NCBI GenBank assembly: GCA_964621395.1
Contig: CAZULS010000001.1
Span: forward strand, 245,106 to 309,105
DNA: 64,000 bases
Reading direction: 5' to 3'
From: an uncultured Candidatus Saccharibacteria bacterium
GTDB lineage: Bacteria > Patescibacteriota > Minisyncoccia > Phycocordibacterales > JACNGX01
In this document: in pieces, positions 9,758 through 18,703 of the stretch
Position numbering within the stretch: position 1 is the first letter of the stretch
Layout: every line of letters begins with the position of its first letter
Notes under the pieces: model-generated
Databases searched by the model: none
Seen by the model: only the letters and a program-made list of their open reading frames with translations
What the model was told of the DNA's origin: nothing
Position numbers and translations under genes: made by a program

Positions 9758-10261
9758 TCATAACGAAAGTTCTTCCAGCTCCTCTATAGTAAGAGCTGTT
9801 CCGTCCACTCTCTTTCCGATACAGATTCTCGTAATCTGTTCGGTTGTTGTTTTGGGATCAAACTTGATGCTTACCCAACGTTTCTGAGCAAGTTCTTTTG
9901 CTTCGGAAAATGTTGCTGTCCCGTAAAGCACAAGAATGACGGTTGACTCGTGAAATCCTTCTCGCATGTACGCAAAGATATATTTTTCGTCTTTGCGAAG
10001 TGCGACATCCTTAATCTTTTGCGACGGTTTCGGTTTGTCAACGATAGGACTGGCGTCCTTCTCCCACACTTCAAGAGAAGGGTCGCTGATCTCACCGTGT
10101 TTTGAATCATAGCATAACCGCTCCCACAGCAGTATTGCTTCTTCAAGCGCCGCTTCTTTTTCGCGGGCATTAAGAGGCTCTTGAAGGTAGCCCCTGCACC
10201 CTTCTTTGTACTGAAGGACAAATTTTTGTGTTGATCTCAGGTCTTTTGTTGCTTTTGCCAT
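9758..10261 (-). CDS. Hypothetical protein (167 aa)
   Basis: Clean minus-strand ORF between eno and the 2-hydroxyacid dehydrogenase gene, co-directional with the small ORF 10273..10455. No recognisable motif. Confidence 0.35.
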   Translation of the reverse strand: MAKATKDLRSTQKFVLQYKEGCRGYLQEPLNAREKEAALEEAILLWERLCYDSKHGEISDPSLEVWEKDASPIVDKPKPSQKIKDVALRKDEKYIFAYMREGFHESTVILVLYGTATFSEAKELAQKRWVSIKFDPKTTTEQITRICIGKRVDGTALTIEELEELSL

Positions 10262-10272
10262 GTTCGTTGTCT

Positions 10273-10455
10273 TTAGTGTTGATATCTTCTTTCTAACTTT
10301 TCCGCGTATGCGGAGAGTTTTCTTTCTATCCTTGCTACCTTTGGGTTCATCGGTAGTTGTGCTCGCTCTTTCAATGCGAGAGTCGCGAGAGCAATAAGAA
10401 GCCAGTCAGGCATTTTCTCTAGCCATTTTGCGACATCGTTGTCTATGTTTGCCAT
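10273..10455 (-). CDS. Hypothetical small protein (60 aa)
   Basis: Internal ATG (MANIDNDVAKWLEKMPDWLL...) of ORF 10273..10518; contains a hydrophobic helix. Confidence 0.25.
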   Translation of the reverse strand: MANIDNDVAKWLEKMPDWLLIALATLALKERAQLPMNPKVARIERKLSAYAEKLERRYQH

Positions 10456-10784
10456 GGTATTCTTTTTAGGGTTGTGCAAGACTGCTCTTTTTCTACCAAT
10501 TTTGAGATAAAAAAGCAAGGGGAGTGAACGAAGACTTACTCACTTTATTGTCATCCCGCACTTGATGCGGGATCTTCTCGAATAGTACAAAAAACTTTAG
10601 ATTCCCGTTCAAGCTGGGAATGACAGGGGAATAAATGATGTGCAACAAAGTCAGATTCGTATGTTCGTACACATTCGTACTTCGTACCCATTTCAGGAAA
10701 TAAGCCCTATAAGCTATCAGCTAAAAGCTACAAGCCAGATATGATATAATATCAGTGTTTTAATCATTACATTATTAAACCTGT

Positions 10785-11795
10785 ATGAAAATCGTTAGTT
10801 TTTATAATGAGCCGTGGGAGAAGGAATATCTTGCGGAGAAGTTGTCCGCGTATGATATCGTCTTTTACGATGGTATTTTGCAGGACCATACTGATGTCAG
10901 CGATGCTGATGTGGAAGCGATGCTGGTATTTGTGAAGTCGCATGTGGGTGCTGAAGAGATGGATCAATTCCCCAATCTTAAATACATTGCCACACGCTCT
11001 ACAGGCTTTGACCACATTGATTTGGATGAGGCGAAGAAGCGAGGCATTGTCGTGTCTAATGTGCCGACATACGGAGAGAATTCCGTTGCTGAGATGGCAT
11101 TTGCACTTCTTCTTGCTCTTTCCCGCCGTATTTACGACGGCTATAAGCAAGTGGTGGAGGAGAGTAATTTTTCTCCCAAAGGACTCACCGGCTTTGATCT
11201 CAAGGGGAAGACTTTGGGCATTGTTGGGACCGGCCATATCGGCTCGTATGCAATTCGCATGGGGAAGGGTTTTAGTATGGATGTGATTGCATTTGACCCG
11301 AATCGCAATGCCACGCTTGCTCAAGAGCTTGGCTTTCGCTATGTTGATTCGATTGAAGAGCTTTTTGCGCAGTCGGATGTGATTAGCTTGCATGTGCCAC
11401 ACAATGAGCATACACATCACATGATTAATATGGAGAGTATCAGTAAGCTTAAGAGGGGTTCGGTGCTTATCAATACCGCCCGCGGACCGGTGGTTGAGAC
11501 GATGGCAATGGTGAAGGCGCTTGAAGAGGGGATTTTGGCAGGTGCGGGACTCGACGTGCTCGAAGAAGAGGATGTAATGATGGATGAAATGGCGCTTCTT
11601 CGTGAGGAGGTGCCAACGAGCGAAGAATTGCGCAATGTGCTTGCGAATCAGTATTTGATTGATCATCCGCGCGTGATTGTGACGCCGCACAATGCATTCA
11701 ATACCAGAGAGGCACTGCATCGCATCTTGGATACCACGGTGGAAAATATCGAAGGATTTACGAAAGGCGAGCCGGTGAATGTGGTGTCAAAGTAG
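10785..11795 (+). CDS. D-isomer-specific 2-hydroxyacid dehydrogenase (D-lactate/phosphoglycerate dehydrogenase family)
   Basis: 336 aa; NAD-binding GIVGTGHIGS; catalytic-domain similarity to the LdhA/SerA family. Confidence 0.75.
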   Translation: MKIVSFYNEPWEKEYLAEKLSAYDIVFYDGILQDHTDVSDADVEAMLVFVKSHVGAEEMDQFPNLKYIATRSTGFDHIDLDEAKKRGIVVSNVPTYGENSVAEMAFALLLALSRRIYDGYKQVVEESNFSPKGLTGFDLKGKTLGIVGTGHIGSYAIRMGKGFSMDVIAFDPNRNATLAQELGFRYVDSIEELFAQSDVISLHVPHNEHTHHMINMESISKLKRGSVLINTARGPVVETMAMVKALEEGILAGAGLDVLEEEDVMMDEMALLREEVPTSEELRNVLANQYLIDHPRVIVTPHNAFNTREALHRILDTTVENIEGFTKGEPVNVVSK

Positions 11796-11939
11796 AAATA
11801 CGAAAAACGAAATATGAAATATGTATAAGCGGCGCGGGGCTTTCGCCCCGCGCCGCTTTTCTTTTCGTACCTTCTTTCTTTGTCATTCCGGACTTGATCC
11901 GGAATCTTCGACAGGTTGTTTTCGAAGGCTGTTTGGGGA

Positions 11940-12070
11940 GATCCCGCATCACCAGAGCTCCACTTTCACCAATATCATTTGCAGTAAAACATCTTTTGTC
12001 CCCTCTCCTACCGTCTACGATTTCTTAATATATTCAGTGAAAGTCGAGCTCGGCAGGAGTGCGGGATGAC
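11940..12070. repeat. MITE-like element, family 1
   Basis: Same termini and core as 1748..1877. Preceded by a solo hairpin unit gtcattccggacttgatccggaatc (11882..11906). Confidence 0.7.
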
Positions 12071-12107
12071 ACCATATCTTTACTTATACAAAAAAGTATC
12101 GTAAGAT

Positions 12108-12284
12108 ATGGACATGGAACTCTATAGTTACAAAGTCATTATTGAGCCGGAGGAGGACGGCGGATACCACGGATCTGTGCCCTTGCTCAAGGGTGTGCAT
12201 GTGTGTGCCGACACGATTGATGACACAAAAGACGATTTGAAAGAAGCGATTCGATGTCATATTCAGGGGCTTTCGATTGCATAG
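12108..12284 (+). CDS. HicB-like (UPF0150) antitoxin-family small protein
   Basis: 58-aa ORF below the track cut-off: MDMELYSYKVIIEPEEDGGYHGSVPLLKGVHVCADTIDDTKDDLKEAIRCHIQGLSIA. The pattern Y-x-V-I-E-x-E-E-D-G-G-Y, P-L-L-K-G-V, and G-x-T-I-D-E/D-A is the HicB/UPF0150 signature. It sits between two family-1 MITEs. Confidence 0.45.
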   Translation: MDMELYSYKVIIEPEEDGGYHGSVPLLKGVHVCADTIDDTKDDLKEAIRCHIQGLSIA

Positions 12285-12336
12285 ATTCTGTCATTCTGAG
12301 CTCGACTCAGAATCTCCAATATATTTTTTCAGACTA

Positions 12337-12468
12337 GATTCCGCATCACCAGAGCCTCACTTTCACCAATATCATTTGCAGTAAAATATCTTTCATCCCT
12401 TCTCCTACCGTCTACGATATCTTAATGTGTTCAGTGAAAGTGAAGCTCGGCAGGAGTGCGGGATGACA
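12337..12468. repeat. MITE-like element, family 1
   Basis: gattccgcatcaccagagcctcactttcacc...gtgaaagtgaagctcggcaggagtgcgggatgaca. Confidence 0.7.
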
Positions 12469-12514
12469 ATTTCATTTTATGAAGCGGCGCGGCTATGCCG
12501 CGCCGCTTCATATA

Positions 12515-12553
12515 TTAATCTCCTAACATATTAATTTCCTAATCTCCTGACGT
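12515..12553 (+). promoter_or_regulatory. Conserved 5' module (taatctcctaacatattaatttcctaatctcct-N5-ATG)
   Basis: Same about 40-nt sequence immediately 5' of obg, gap (19268..19313), rpiB (20722..20764), ORF 41725 (41683..41724) and, diverged, the csaA-like gene (23555..23620) and rpe. Confidence 0.5.
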
Positions 12554-13516
12554 ATGTCTTTTATCGACGAATACCAGTTTAATGCAAAAGCAGGGAAGGG
12601 CGGCGACGGTGTCGTTCGTTGGTTGCATATGAAAGGAAAAGAATTTGGCGGTCCTGCAGGTGGCGACGGCGGCAAAGGTGGCGACGTGTATATTCGTGGT
12701 GTGCGCGATGTGGCGCTTCTTGCTAAGTATCGCAGTAAGAATGAATTTATCGCTGAACATGGGGAGAGCGGTGGTGGCAAAAAAATGAAAGGAAAAAATG
12801 GAGACGATCTCTATATCGATTTGCCTATCGGTTCGCTCGTCACCAATACCGATACGTATGAGACGTTTGAGATTATGGAAGAAGGAGAGAGTCATTTGGT
12901 TCTTGCCGGAGGTGAGGGTGGTTTGGGCAATGATCGTTTCAAAAGTTCACGAAATATCCGTCCGGAAGAATCCACGCCCGGGCAAGTTGGGCAGGAAGGA
13001 CATTTCTCCGTAGAGCTTCGTCTTATTGCTGATATCGGCTTGGTGGGCATGCCCAATGCCGGAAAGTCGTCGCTCTTGAATGCGCTTACCAAAGCAGAAG
13101 CGAAAATCGGCGCGTATCCTTTCACTACGCTTGAGCCGAATCTCGGCGTGCTCTACGGACGCGTGATTGCCGATATTCCCGGCCTCATCGAAGGTGCGTC
13201 AGAAGGGAAGGGTGTAGGGCACAAATTTCTTCGCCATGTGAGCCGCACACGCATGCTTGTGCATTGTGTCTCGTGTGAACACGAGAATGTGAAAGAAGCG
13301 TATGAAACGATTCGCGCGGAGCTCGAAGCGCACGGTGACGGGCTCTCAGAAAAGAGTGAAATGATCCTTCTCACGAAGACCGATATGTGCACGTCGGAAG
13401 AGGTGCAAGCAAAAAAAGAAGCACTTGCGACATACGGCAAACGTGTGGAAGACGTGACCGTCCTTGATGATGACATGGTGAAGCGGATAGGGGAAATCTT
13501 TGTTGGGAATGCCTAA
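12554..13516 (+). CDS. obg: GTPase Obg/CgtA (short form, no C-terminal OCT/TGS domain)
   Basis: 320 aa. N-terminal Gly-rich Obg fold (AGKGGDGVVRW, GGDGGKGGDV). G domain with GMPNAGKSS (G1) and DIPGLIEGA (G3). Confidence 0.85.
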   Translation: MSFIDEYQFNAKAGKGGDGVVRWLHMKGKEFGGPAGGDGGKGGDVYIRGVRDVALLAKYRSKNEFIAEHGESGGGKKMKGKNGDDLYIDLPIGSLVTNTDTYETFEIMEEGESHLVLAGGEGGLGNDRFKSSRNIRPEESTPGQVGQEGHFSVELRLIADIGLVGMPNAGKSSLLNALTKAEAKIGAYPFTTLEPNLGVLYGRVIADIPGLIEGASEGKGVGHKFLRHVSRTRMLVHCVSCEHENVKEAYETIRAELEAHGDGLSEKSEMILLTKTDMCTSEEVQAKKEALATYGKRVEDVTVLDDDMVKRIGEIFVGNA

Positions 13517-13540
13517 AGCACGACAAGTCGCGCTCGGCCA
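13511..13540 (+). repeat. REP-like hairpin repeat overlapping the obg stop codon
   Basis: gcctaaagcacgacaagtcgcgctcggcca; the taa stop of obg is inside the repeat. Confidence 0.5.
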
Positions 13541-13658
13541 CAGTAGAAAAATGAAATACGAAATATGTATGCGCGGACCTGTCGGTCCGCGCGGGATTAA
13601 AAAATAAGGAGGACAACCAAACAAGGTTGTCCTCTCTGAGTAGGAATAGGTCCGATAC

Positions 13659-13997
13659 CTAATCCATGAAGTAGATTTTCTGAAGGAGGTTCCAGATGAA
13701 CCCTCTCTTTCGTGTTTTTATCACGAAGACACGGAGTTCAGGTCTGAAATTATATCCGACACAGTCACCAGGTTCAACCTGGGACATTTCAGATGCTCCT
13801 CCCTCAGTTTTTTGGTTTTTTGGGAGGAAGACCCTTGAGTGGCATCCTCTTCCAAACTCTTCAAGCGTGACGTTCCCTCTCCTCCTTCCAGGTTCTATTG
13901 TTCCTGGAAAAATGATGTCGTACCCTCTTGCGAGAAGATGAAGAGGGGAAACGATTTCCCGCATTTGTTTCATCTCTTTTTCTTTCATTTCTGTCAT
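13659..13997 (-). CDS. Hypothetical protein (112 aa)
   Basis: Minus-strand ORF between obg and the DHH gene. Possibly an ASCH/PUA-like small domain, but no confident motif. Confidence 0.3.
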   Translation of the reverse strand: MTEMKEKEMKQMREIVSPLHLLARGYDIIFPGTIEPGRRRGNVTLEEFGRGCHSRVFLPKNQKTEGGASEMSQVEPGDCVGYNFRPELRVFVIKTRKRGFIWNLLQKIYFMD

Positions 13998-14154
13998 TTC
14001 TGCTCCTTTTTAAATTTACGGTATCAAGTACCAATTTATCTGCCCTGCGTATATCCTAGCATACTTTATTATATATGTCAACCCCCATAATTTGAAGCAT
14101 TACTTGCATGTGTCTTTTGTCCAATAGGCTCATACACTGTGTTATACTGTCTCA

Positions 14155-15030
14155 ATGAAACAATTTCCTGAAGCGAAGGATGTTGCCATTGTCTACGACG
14201 CTGATTGTCCTGATGGATTTGGCGGGGCGTGGGCGGCGTGGAAGATATTTGGTGATGATGCACTGTATATCCCCGGGCATCATCAAGAGGAACCGACAGA
14301 TGAACTTTTCGGCAAGCATGTATATTTTATTGATTTTTGTTATGAGAAAGAGAGAATCGTTGCGCTCCGTCCGAATGTGGAGAGTATGACACTCATCGAT
14401 CATCATAAGTCACGTGCCGATATGGTGGAGATGAAAGAATTTGACGATACACTTTTTACAATCGAAAATTCAGGCGCGGTCCTTGCATGGCGATATTTTC
14501 ATGGTGAAGAAAAAGTCCCCGACATTCTCCTCCACATTGAGGATTTGGATTTATGGAATTGGGAGCTTGCCGACTCCGCAGAAGTGACGTCAATGCTTTC
14601 AACATACCCGTTTAGTTTTTTGGTGTGGGAAGATATTATTTCAGCGTTTGAAAAAGGAGGAACACTCAAAGAGCGATATATGGCAGAAGGCGCAGCTATT
14701 GTGCGAAAGCGTGATATGAATGTGGAGCGTGTGGTGGATGATGCAGAAGAGGTTGAATTTGAAGGAATTAAATGTCTGCTCGCAAATTCTCGTGAAAGTG
14801 TGTCGCATGTTGGGCATGCACTGGTAAAAGAAATGCCTCCCATTGCAATTATTTGGTCTCGACGCGACCAGCAGCTTATCTGTTCGCTTCGCAGCGATGG
14901 CTCGGTGGACGTCTCCGAGCTTGCCGCAAAGTATGGTGGGGGAGGACATGCGGTAGCAGCAGCATTCCGTATCCACGATCCCGATTTTACGAAACTTCAT
15001 GAGATGTTTAAAGCGAACGATAAACGATAA
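14155..15030 (+). CDS. DHH/DHHA1 family phosphoesterase (NrnA-like nanoRNase/pAp phosphatase)
   Basis: 291 aa; DHH motif (TLIDHHKS) and C-terminal DHHA1 GGGH motif (KYGGGGHAVAAAF). Confidence 0.65.
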   Translation: MKQFPEAKDVAIVYDADCPDGFGGAWAAWKIFGDDALYIPGHHQEEPTDELFGKHVYFIDFCYEKERIVALRPNVESMTLIDHHKSRADMVEMKEFDDTLFTIENSGAVLAWRYFHGEEKVPDILLHIEDLDLWNWELADSAEVTSMLSTYPFSFLVWEDIISAFEKGGTLKERYMAEGAAIVRKRDMNVERVVDDAEEVEFEGIKCLLANSRESVSHVGHALVKEMPPIAIIWSRRDQQLICSLRSDGSVDVSELAAKYGGGGHAVAAAFRIHDPDFTKLHEMFKANDKR

Positions 15031-15043
15031 ACTTTTGAACGAT

Positions 15044-15069
15044 AAAAAAAGCGGCGAAAGCCGCTTTTC
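15044..15069. terminator. Bidirectional terminator hairpin (aaaaaaagcggc-gaaa-gccgctttt)
   Basis: A-tract/stem/T-tract symmetry between the convergent DHH gene (+) and ORF 15068..15388 (-). Preceded by the aacgataaac tandem motif. Confidence 0.55.
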
Positions 15070-15388
15070 AAATGTATCCCTCTGCCTCTGCCCATTGTGT
15101 CCATAATTTTTCTTTTAAACAGAAACGCAACCTGGACCAATCGCTATTATTCATTCCAAAGGGTGGGCCTCCAATGACTGCATATAAGAGCTCGAGATGC
15201 TGTTCTCTTAAAATACGCAGTTCATTAACACGGGTGTTTTTCAGGAAAACAGTACGACAGAAATCTTCTTCCCCCATGCTTTTTCCAAGAGGGACAAGTC
15301 TCTTGGTAAGTGACGAGTTAACTTGTCCTACGCGTATTTCTTTTTCCCACTCAGTGAAGAGTTCCAAGAATTCCTCTGCTGCATTCAT
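15068..15388 (-). CDS. Hypothetical protein (106 aa)
   Basis: Clean minus-strand ORF convergent with the DHH gene. Confidence 0.3.
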   Translation of the reverse strand: MNAAEEFLELFTEWEKEIRVGQVNSSLTKRLVPLGKSMGEEDFCRTVFLKNTRVNELRILREQHLELLYAVIGGPPFGMNNSDWSRLRFCLKEKLWTQWAEAEGYI

Positions 15389-15734
15389 GAGTCGTACCTT
15401 TTGCTTTGATTTTAGTTAATGTACTTTCCACAGCAAGCATAACACATGATTCGTTAGAATGAAACACGCACGGCACGGTAGATATGGGATATACAAATAA
15501 GCTGTCATTCCGGCCTGCGAGCCGGAATCTAGGATTGTGTCTCTGGTGGTGGTTTGCGAAGATCCCGCATCAAGTGCGGGATGACAGGAACCTTTTGTTT
15601 TTAGAAGAAGTGCGCGGCGCCGTAGGCGCCGCGCACTTCTCGCAACAGGGTGCTCACAACTCGAAACTCACAAAAATGACAATATAAGCTATTTCTGCTA
15701 TTCTTAATCCGTAATTCTTAATTCCCTTGGCCGT

Positions 15735-15775
15735 CCAAGCAATACTTTTGCGTAACCGCAGAAGTATTGCTTGGA
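15735..15775 (+). promoter_or_regulatory. Long perfect hairpin (17 bp, one G-U) in the gatB leader
   Basis: tccaagcaatacttttgcg-taacc-gcagaagtattgcttgga, ending 25 nt before the gatB ATG at 15800. Confidence 0.35.
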
Positions 15776-15799
15776 TTAGGCTTTATTCTTCATTCTCCC

Positions 15800-17215
15800 A
15801 TGTCATATATTCCCGTTATCGGTCTTGAGATTCACGCTGAGCTTCATACAAACACGAAGATGTTTTGTTCGTGTAAGAATGATCCTGAAGAAACACGTCC
15901 GAATGTGAATGTGTGCCCGGTGTGTATGGCGCATCCGGGGACGCTTCCCGTTATCAATAAAAAAGCGGTGGAACATGTGCTTCGCGTTGGTTCAGCACTA
16001 GGGGGCGATTTGGCGTGGGATTACACCGAATTTGATCGTAAAAATTATTTCTATCCGGATATTCCAAAAGGATATCAAATCAGCCAATATGCGTATCCGC
16101 TTGTACGGGGAGGATCGCTTGCCGGCGTGGATATTACTCGTGTGCATCTCGAAGAAGACACCGCCACATCAAAGCACGATATGAGCGAGGATTCGCTGAT
16201 GGATTTTAATCGTGGAGGCGTGCCTCTTATGGAGCTTGTCACCGAGCCGGTGATTGCCGATGCTGAGACCGCACTTGCCTTTGCGAAAGAGCTTCGCTTG
16301 CTTCTGCGTACTCTTGGAGCAAGTGAGGCAAATATGGAAAAAGGACAGATGCGCGTAGAGGCGAATATCTCCGTATACAAAGAAGGGGAGGAACGACTTT
16401 CAGGCACAAAGGTGGAAGTGAAAAACCTCAATTCCTTTCGCGTGGTGGGCAGAGCGATTGAATACGAGATCAAGCGTCAGATTGCCGCGCGTGAAGCAGG
16501 TGAGGAAATTGTGCAAGAGACACGCGGTTGGGATGAGAATAAAGGAGAGACATTTTCCCAGCGCAAGAAAGAATCATCACATGATTATCGATATTTCCCG
16601 GATCCGGATTTGCCTAAGCTTGTGCTGAAAGAGATGCAGGGTGAGTTTGATCTCGAACTTCCGGAGCTTCCGTGGGAAAAGCGAGAGCGATACATGAGTG
16701 CATATGGCATTAAGGCGGAAGATGCCGAAAGTTATGTAAACTCCGACGAGATGGGAATGTATTTTGAGAAGGTGGCAGAGCTTCTCGGGGGAGATGCCGA
16801 AAAAGTAAAACTCGCATCCAATTACATCACGTCTGATATGGTGGGATTGAATGCTCAGCGAGATACTTCCATTTTTGTAGATATTCTCCCTGAGCATATT
16901 GCCGAGCTGGTGGAGATGGCACACGGCGGGGAAATCTCTTCGCGCGGTGCCAAAGACATTCTCGCACATATGAGTGAAAAAGGAGGGAGTCCGCAAAGTA
17001 TTGCTGAGAGCGAAGGGTTGTTTCAAAAGAGTGATGAGGGGGAGCTTGGCGAGATTGTGGAGGCAATTATTGCTCGAGAAGAAAAGGCGGTTGCCGAATA
17101 TCGCGCCGGCAAAGTTCAATCAATGCAGTATTTGGTAGGACAGGGCATGAGAGAAACGAAAGGTTCGGCAAACCCAGGCGTGCTCAAGAAGATGTTTGAG
17201 GAGAAATTGGGTTAG
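15800..17215 (+). CDS. gatB: Asp/Glu-tRNA(Asn/Gln) amidotransferase subunit B
   Basis: Internal ATG MSYIPVIGLEIHAELHT (canonical GatB N-terminus). The track ORF begins with a TTG inside the upstream hairpin. C-terminal YqeY-like domain present. Confidence 0.9.
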   Translation: MSYIPVIGLEIHAELHTNTKMFCSCKNDPEETRPNVNVCPVCMAHPGTLPVINKKAVEHVLRVGSALGGDLAWDYTEFDRKNYFYPDIPKGYQISQYAYPLVRGGSLAGVDITRVHLEEDTATSKHDMSEDSLMDFNRGGVPLMELVTEPVIADAETALAFAKELRLLLRTLGASEANMEKGQMRVEANISVYKEGEERLSGTKVEVKNLNSFRVVGRAIEYEIKRQIAAREAGEEIVQETRGWDENKGETFSQRKKESSHDYRYFPDPDLPKLVLKEMQGEFDLELPELPWEKRERYMSAYGIKAEDAESYVNSDEMGMYFEKVAELLGGDAEKVKLASNYITSDMVGLNAQRDTSIFVDILPEHIAELVEMAHGGEISSRGAKDILAHMSEKGGSPQSIAESEGLFQKSDEGELGEIVEAIIAREEKAVAEYRAGKVQSMQYLVGQGMRETKGSANPGVLKKMFEEKLG

Positions 17216-17242
17216 AGATTAGAAGTTAGGAATTAGGAACAC

Positions 17243-17274
17243 AAAAGGCGCGCGACCCTTCGGGTCGCGCGCCT
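17243..17274 (-). terminator. Terminator hairpin (ggcgcgcgaccc-ttcg-ggtcgcgcgcc); T tract on the minus strand
   Basis: Perfect 12-bp GC stem with a UUCG loop. On the minus strand it is followed by ttttgtgtt, so it serves the minus-strand ORF 17315..17767 and possibly gatB. Confidence 0.5.
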
Positions 17275-17314
17275 GTGTATACAAAAAAGTACACCCATTG
17301 AGAGTGTACCCGCT

Positions 17315-17767
17315 TTAGTTTTTCCCCATACTGAATATTTCCTTGATGCCGTAAAAAAGAATACAACATGTCTTCACGGAGTAATCTTCCGTAGGAATAA
17401 CAACAATTCTAACCACAAGGAAATTTTCATTCGTATCATCAAGAGGGGCAATTCTTTTCTCGTATAGATATTGGTTTTCCTTGCAATCATTTTTTGTTGT
17501 AAGAAAAGGAAAGTTTTCTAGACATGTTTGGTCTTTGGGAAAAACGATATTGAACATGTCGCCCAGGAATGCATACATTGATTCCAGGGGCAATTCTTGA
17601 GAATTGCTTATTTCTATTTCCTCCAAAAAACATACTTGGAAAACAGAGACGCAGGACGACGTGAACCCTTGAGCTTCTGGGGCATCTTTAACCCTGGGGG
17701 TTGTTTTGAAGACTTTTGTTTTTTTGATGACGGGACGGAGAGCGTCGAGGAGTGTGACAGTGCTCAT
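17315..17767 (-). CDS. Hypothetical protein (150 aa)
   Basis: Minus-strand ORF, no recognisable motif. Confidence 0.3.
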   Translation of the reverse strand: MSTVTLLDALRPVIKKTKVFKTTPRVKDAPEAQGFTSSCVSVFQVCFLEEIEISNSQELPLESMYAFLGDMFNIVFPKDQTCLENFPFLTTKNDCKENQYLYEKRIAPLDDTNENFLVVRIVVIPTEDYSVKTCCILFYGIKEIFSMGKN

Positions 17768-17865
17768 GAGGATTGGTTTTAAGGTTCTTTAGGATGCTGA
17801 GACCATGTAATCATATCCGCTTAGTTAGGTCAATACTCTGTGCCGGTGCATAATAATTCATAAGT

Positions 17866-17895
17866 AATAAAAAAAGCGGCCCCGAAGAGCCGCCT
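17866..17895 (-). terminator. Terminator for thyX (gcggcc-ccgaaga-ggccgc, T tract on minus strand)
   Basis: Hairpin immediately 3' of the thyX stop. Confidence 0.5.
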
Positions 17896-17898
17896 TGT

Positions 17899-18633
17899 TT
17901 ACGATGTCTTTTCAAAAAATCGCAAGCCGTTTTTGTCTTCCCCCGCTTCAACAAGATTTTCGAAAACGCACGGAGCAAGTTTTTGAAATTCAACGGCGAG
18001 ATTTCCCATAACCCTGCGGATTTCCCAATGCGCGTATCGGGAAGTACGCAAAGCAAGAATATATCGCCATTCACGGAAATTTGCCGTCATGCCGATTTGC
18101 GACCGGAGACCGATAGGCAAAATCTGCCGTGCATCTTCCGGTGCCCACCTCGCTTTTCGAAGTGCGCGGTAGAATTGCTCGATTTCACCAAACATATCTG
18201 CCGCACTCATCTTTCTACCATCCGCGAGAGTAACTTTTTCATGCTCGTCATGGTGCGGAGGAACAACACAGTGAATTTGAAACTCGTCCAAATCCACTTC
18301 TCCTTTCGCGTAGTCCACATATCGGGTGGATTCCTGTGACGGACTCATGAGCCGATGGCGAACAAGTTCGTGGGTGAATCCGCGTGAGCAATTGTTGAAT
18401 CGCACGGAGATGGAACCATGTTCAAGAACACTCTCATGCCCTCGACGGATAATCATACGGATGAATTTTTTAGCCGTTTTTGTTGTAATTCTTCCTTTTT
18501 CTGATTGATAGCAGGTGCGTCCCATGCGTTCAATCTTTCTCATCTGTGCTTCAATTTCCTTTTGGTTTGTGAAAATATCAAACGAACTCTCGTTTTTTAG
18601 TATGTGCATTTTCTTGAAGTCTAAATGTTCCAA
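17899..18633 (-). CDS. thyX: Flavin-dependent thymidylate synthase
   Basis: 244 aa; ThyX signature RHR-x7-S (ELVRHRLMSPSQESTRY). Confidence 0.8.
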   Translation of the reverse strand: MEHLDFKKMHILKNESSFDIFTNQKEIEAQMRKIERMGRTCYQSEKGRITTKTAKKFIRMIIRRGHESVLEHGSISVRFNNCSRGFTHELVRHRLMSPSQESTRYVDYAKGEVDLDEFQIHCVVPPHHDEHEKVTLADGRKMSAADMFGEIEQFYRALRKARWAPEDARQILPIGLRSQIGMTANFREWRYILALRTSRYAHWEIRRVMGNLAVEFQKLAPCVFENLVEAGEDKNGLRFFEKTS

Positions 18634-18703
18634 GAGACTTTACCATACACGACTATATCACAATGAGAGAAAAATAAAAGCGGCTCGGCGGCCGCTTTGT
18701 CTC

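Noticed and set aside
10767-11720. Long antisense ORFs, for example 10767..11720(-), 37984..38829(-), 31351..32037(-), 54754..55707(-), 55726..56370(-), 7038..7556(-)
   Set aside because: Each lies antisense to a confidently identified gene with strong motifs (the dehydrogenase, ligA, pilB, AEP-helicase, ppsA). Their translations are low-complexity and Cys/Arg/His-rich, typical of antisense frames in GC-rich stretches.
12108-12284. A hicA toxin partner for the HicB-like ORF
   Set aside because: No ~60-aa double-stranded-RNA-binding-like ORF adjacent. Flanks are MITEs. Treated as an orphan.
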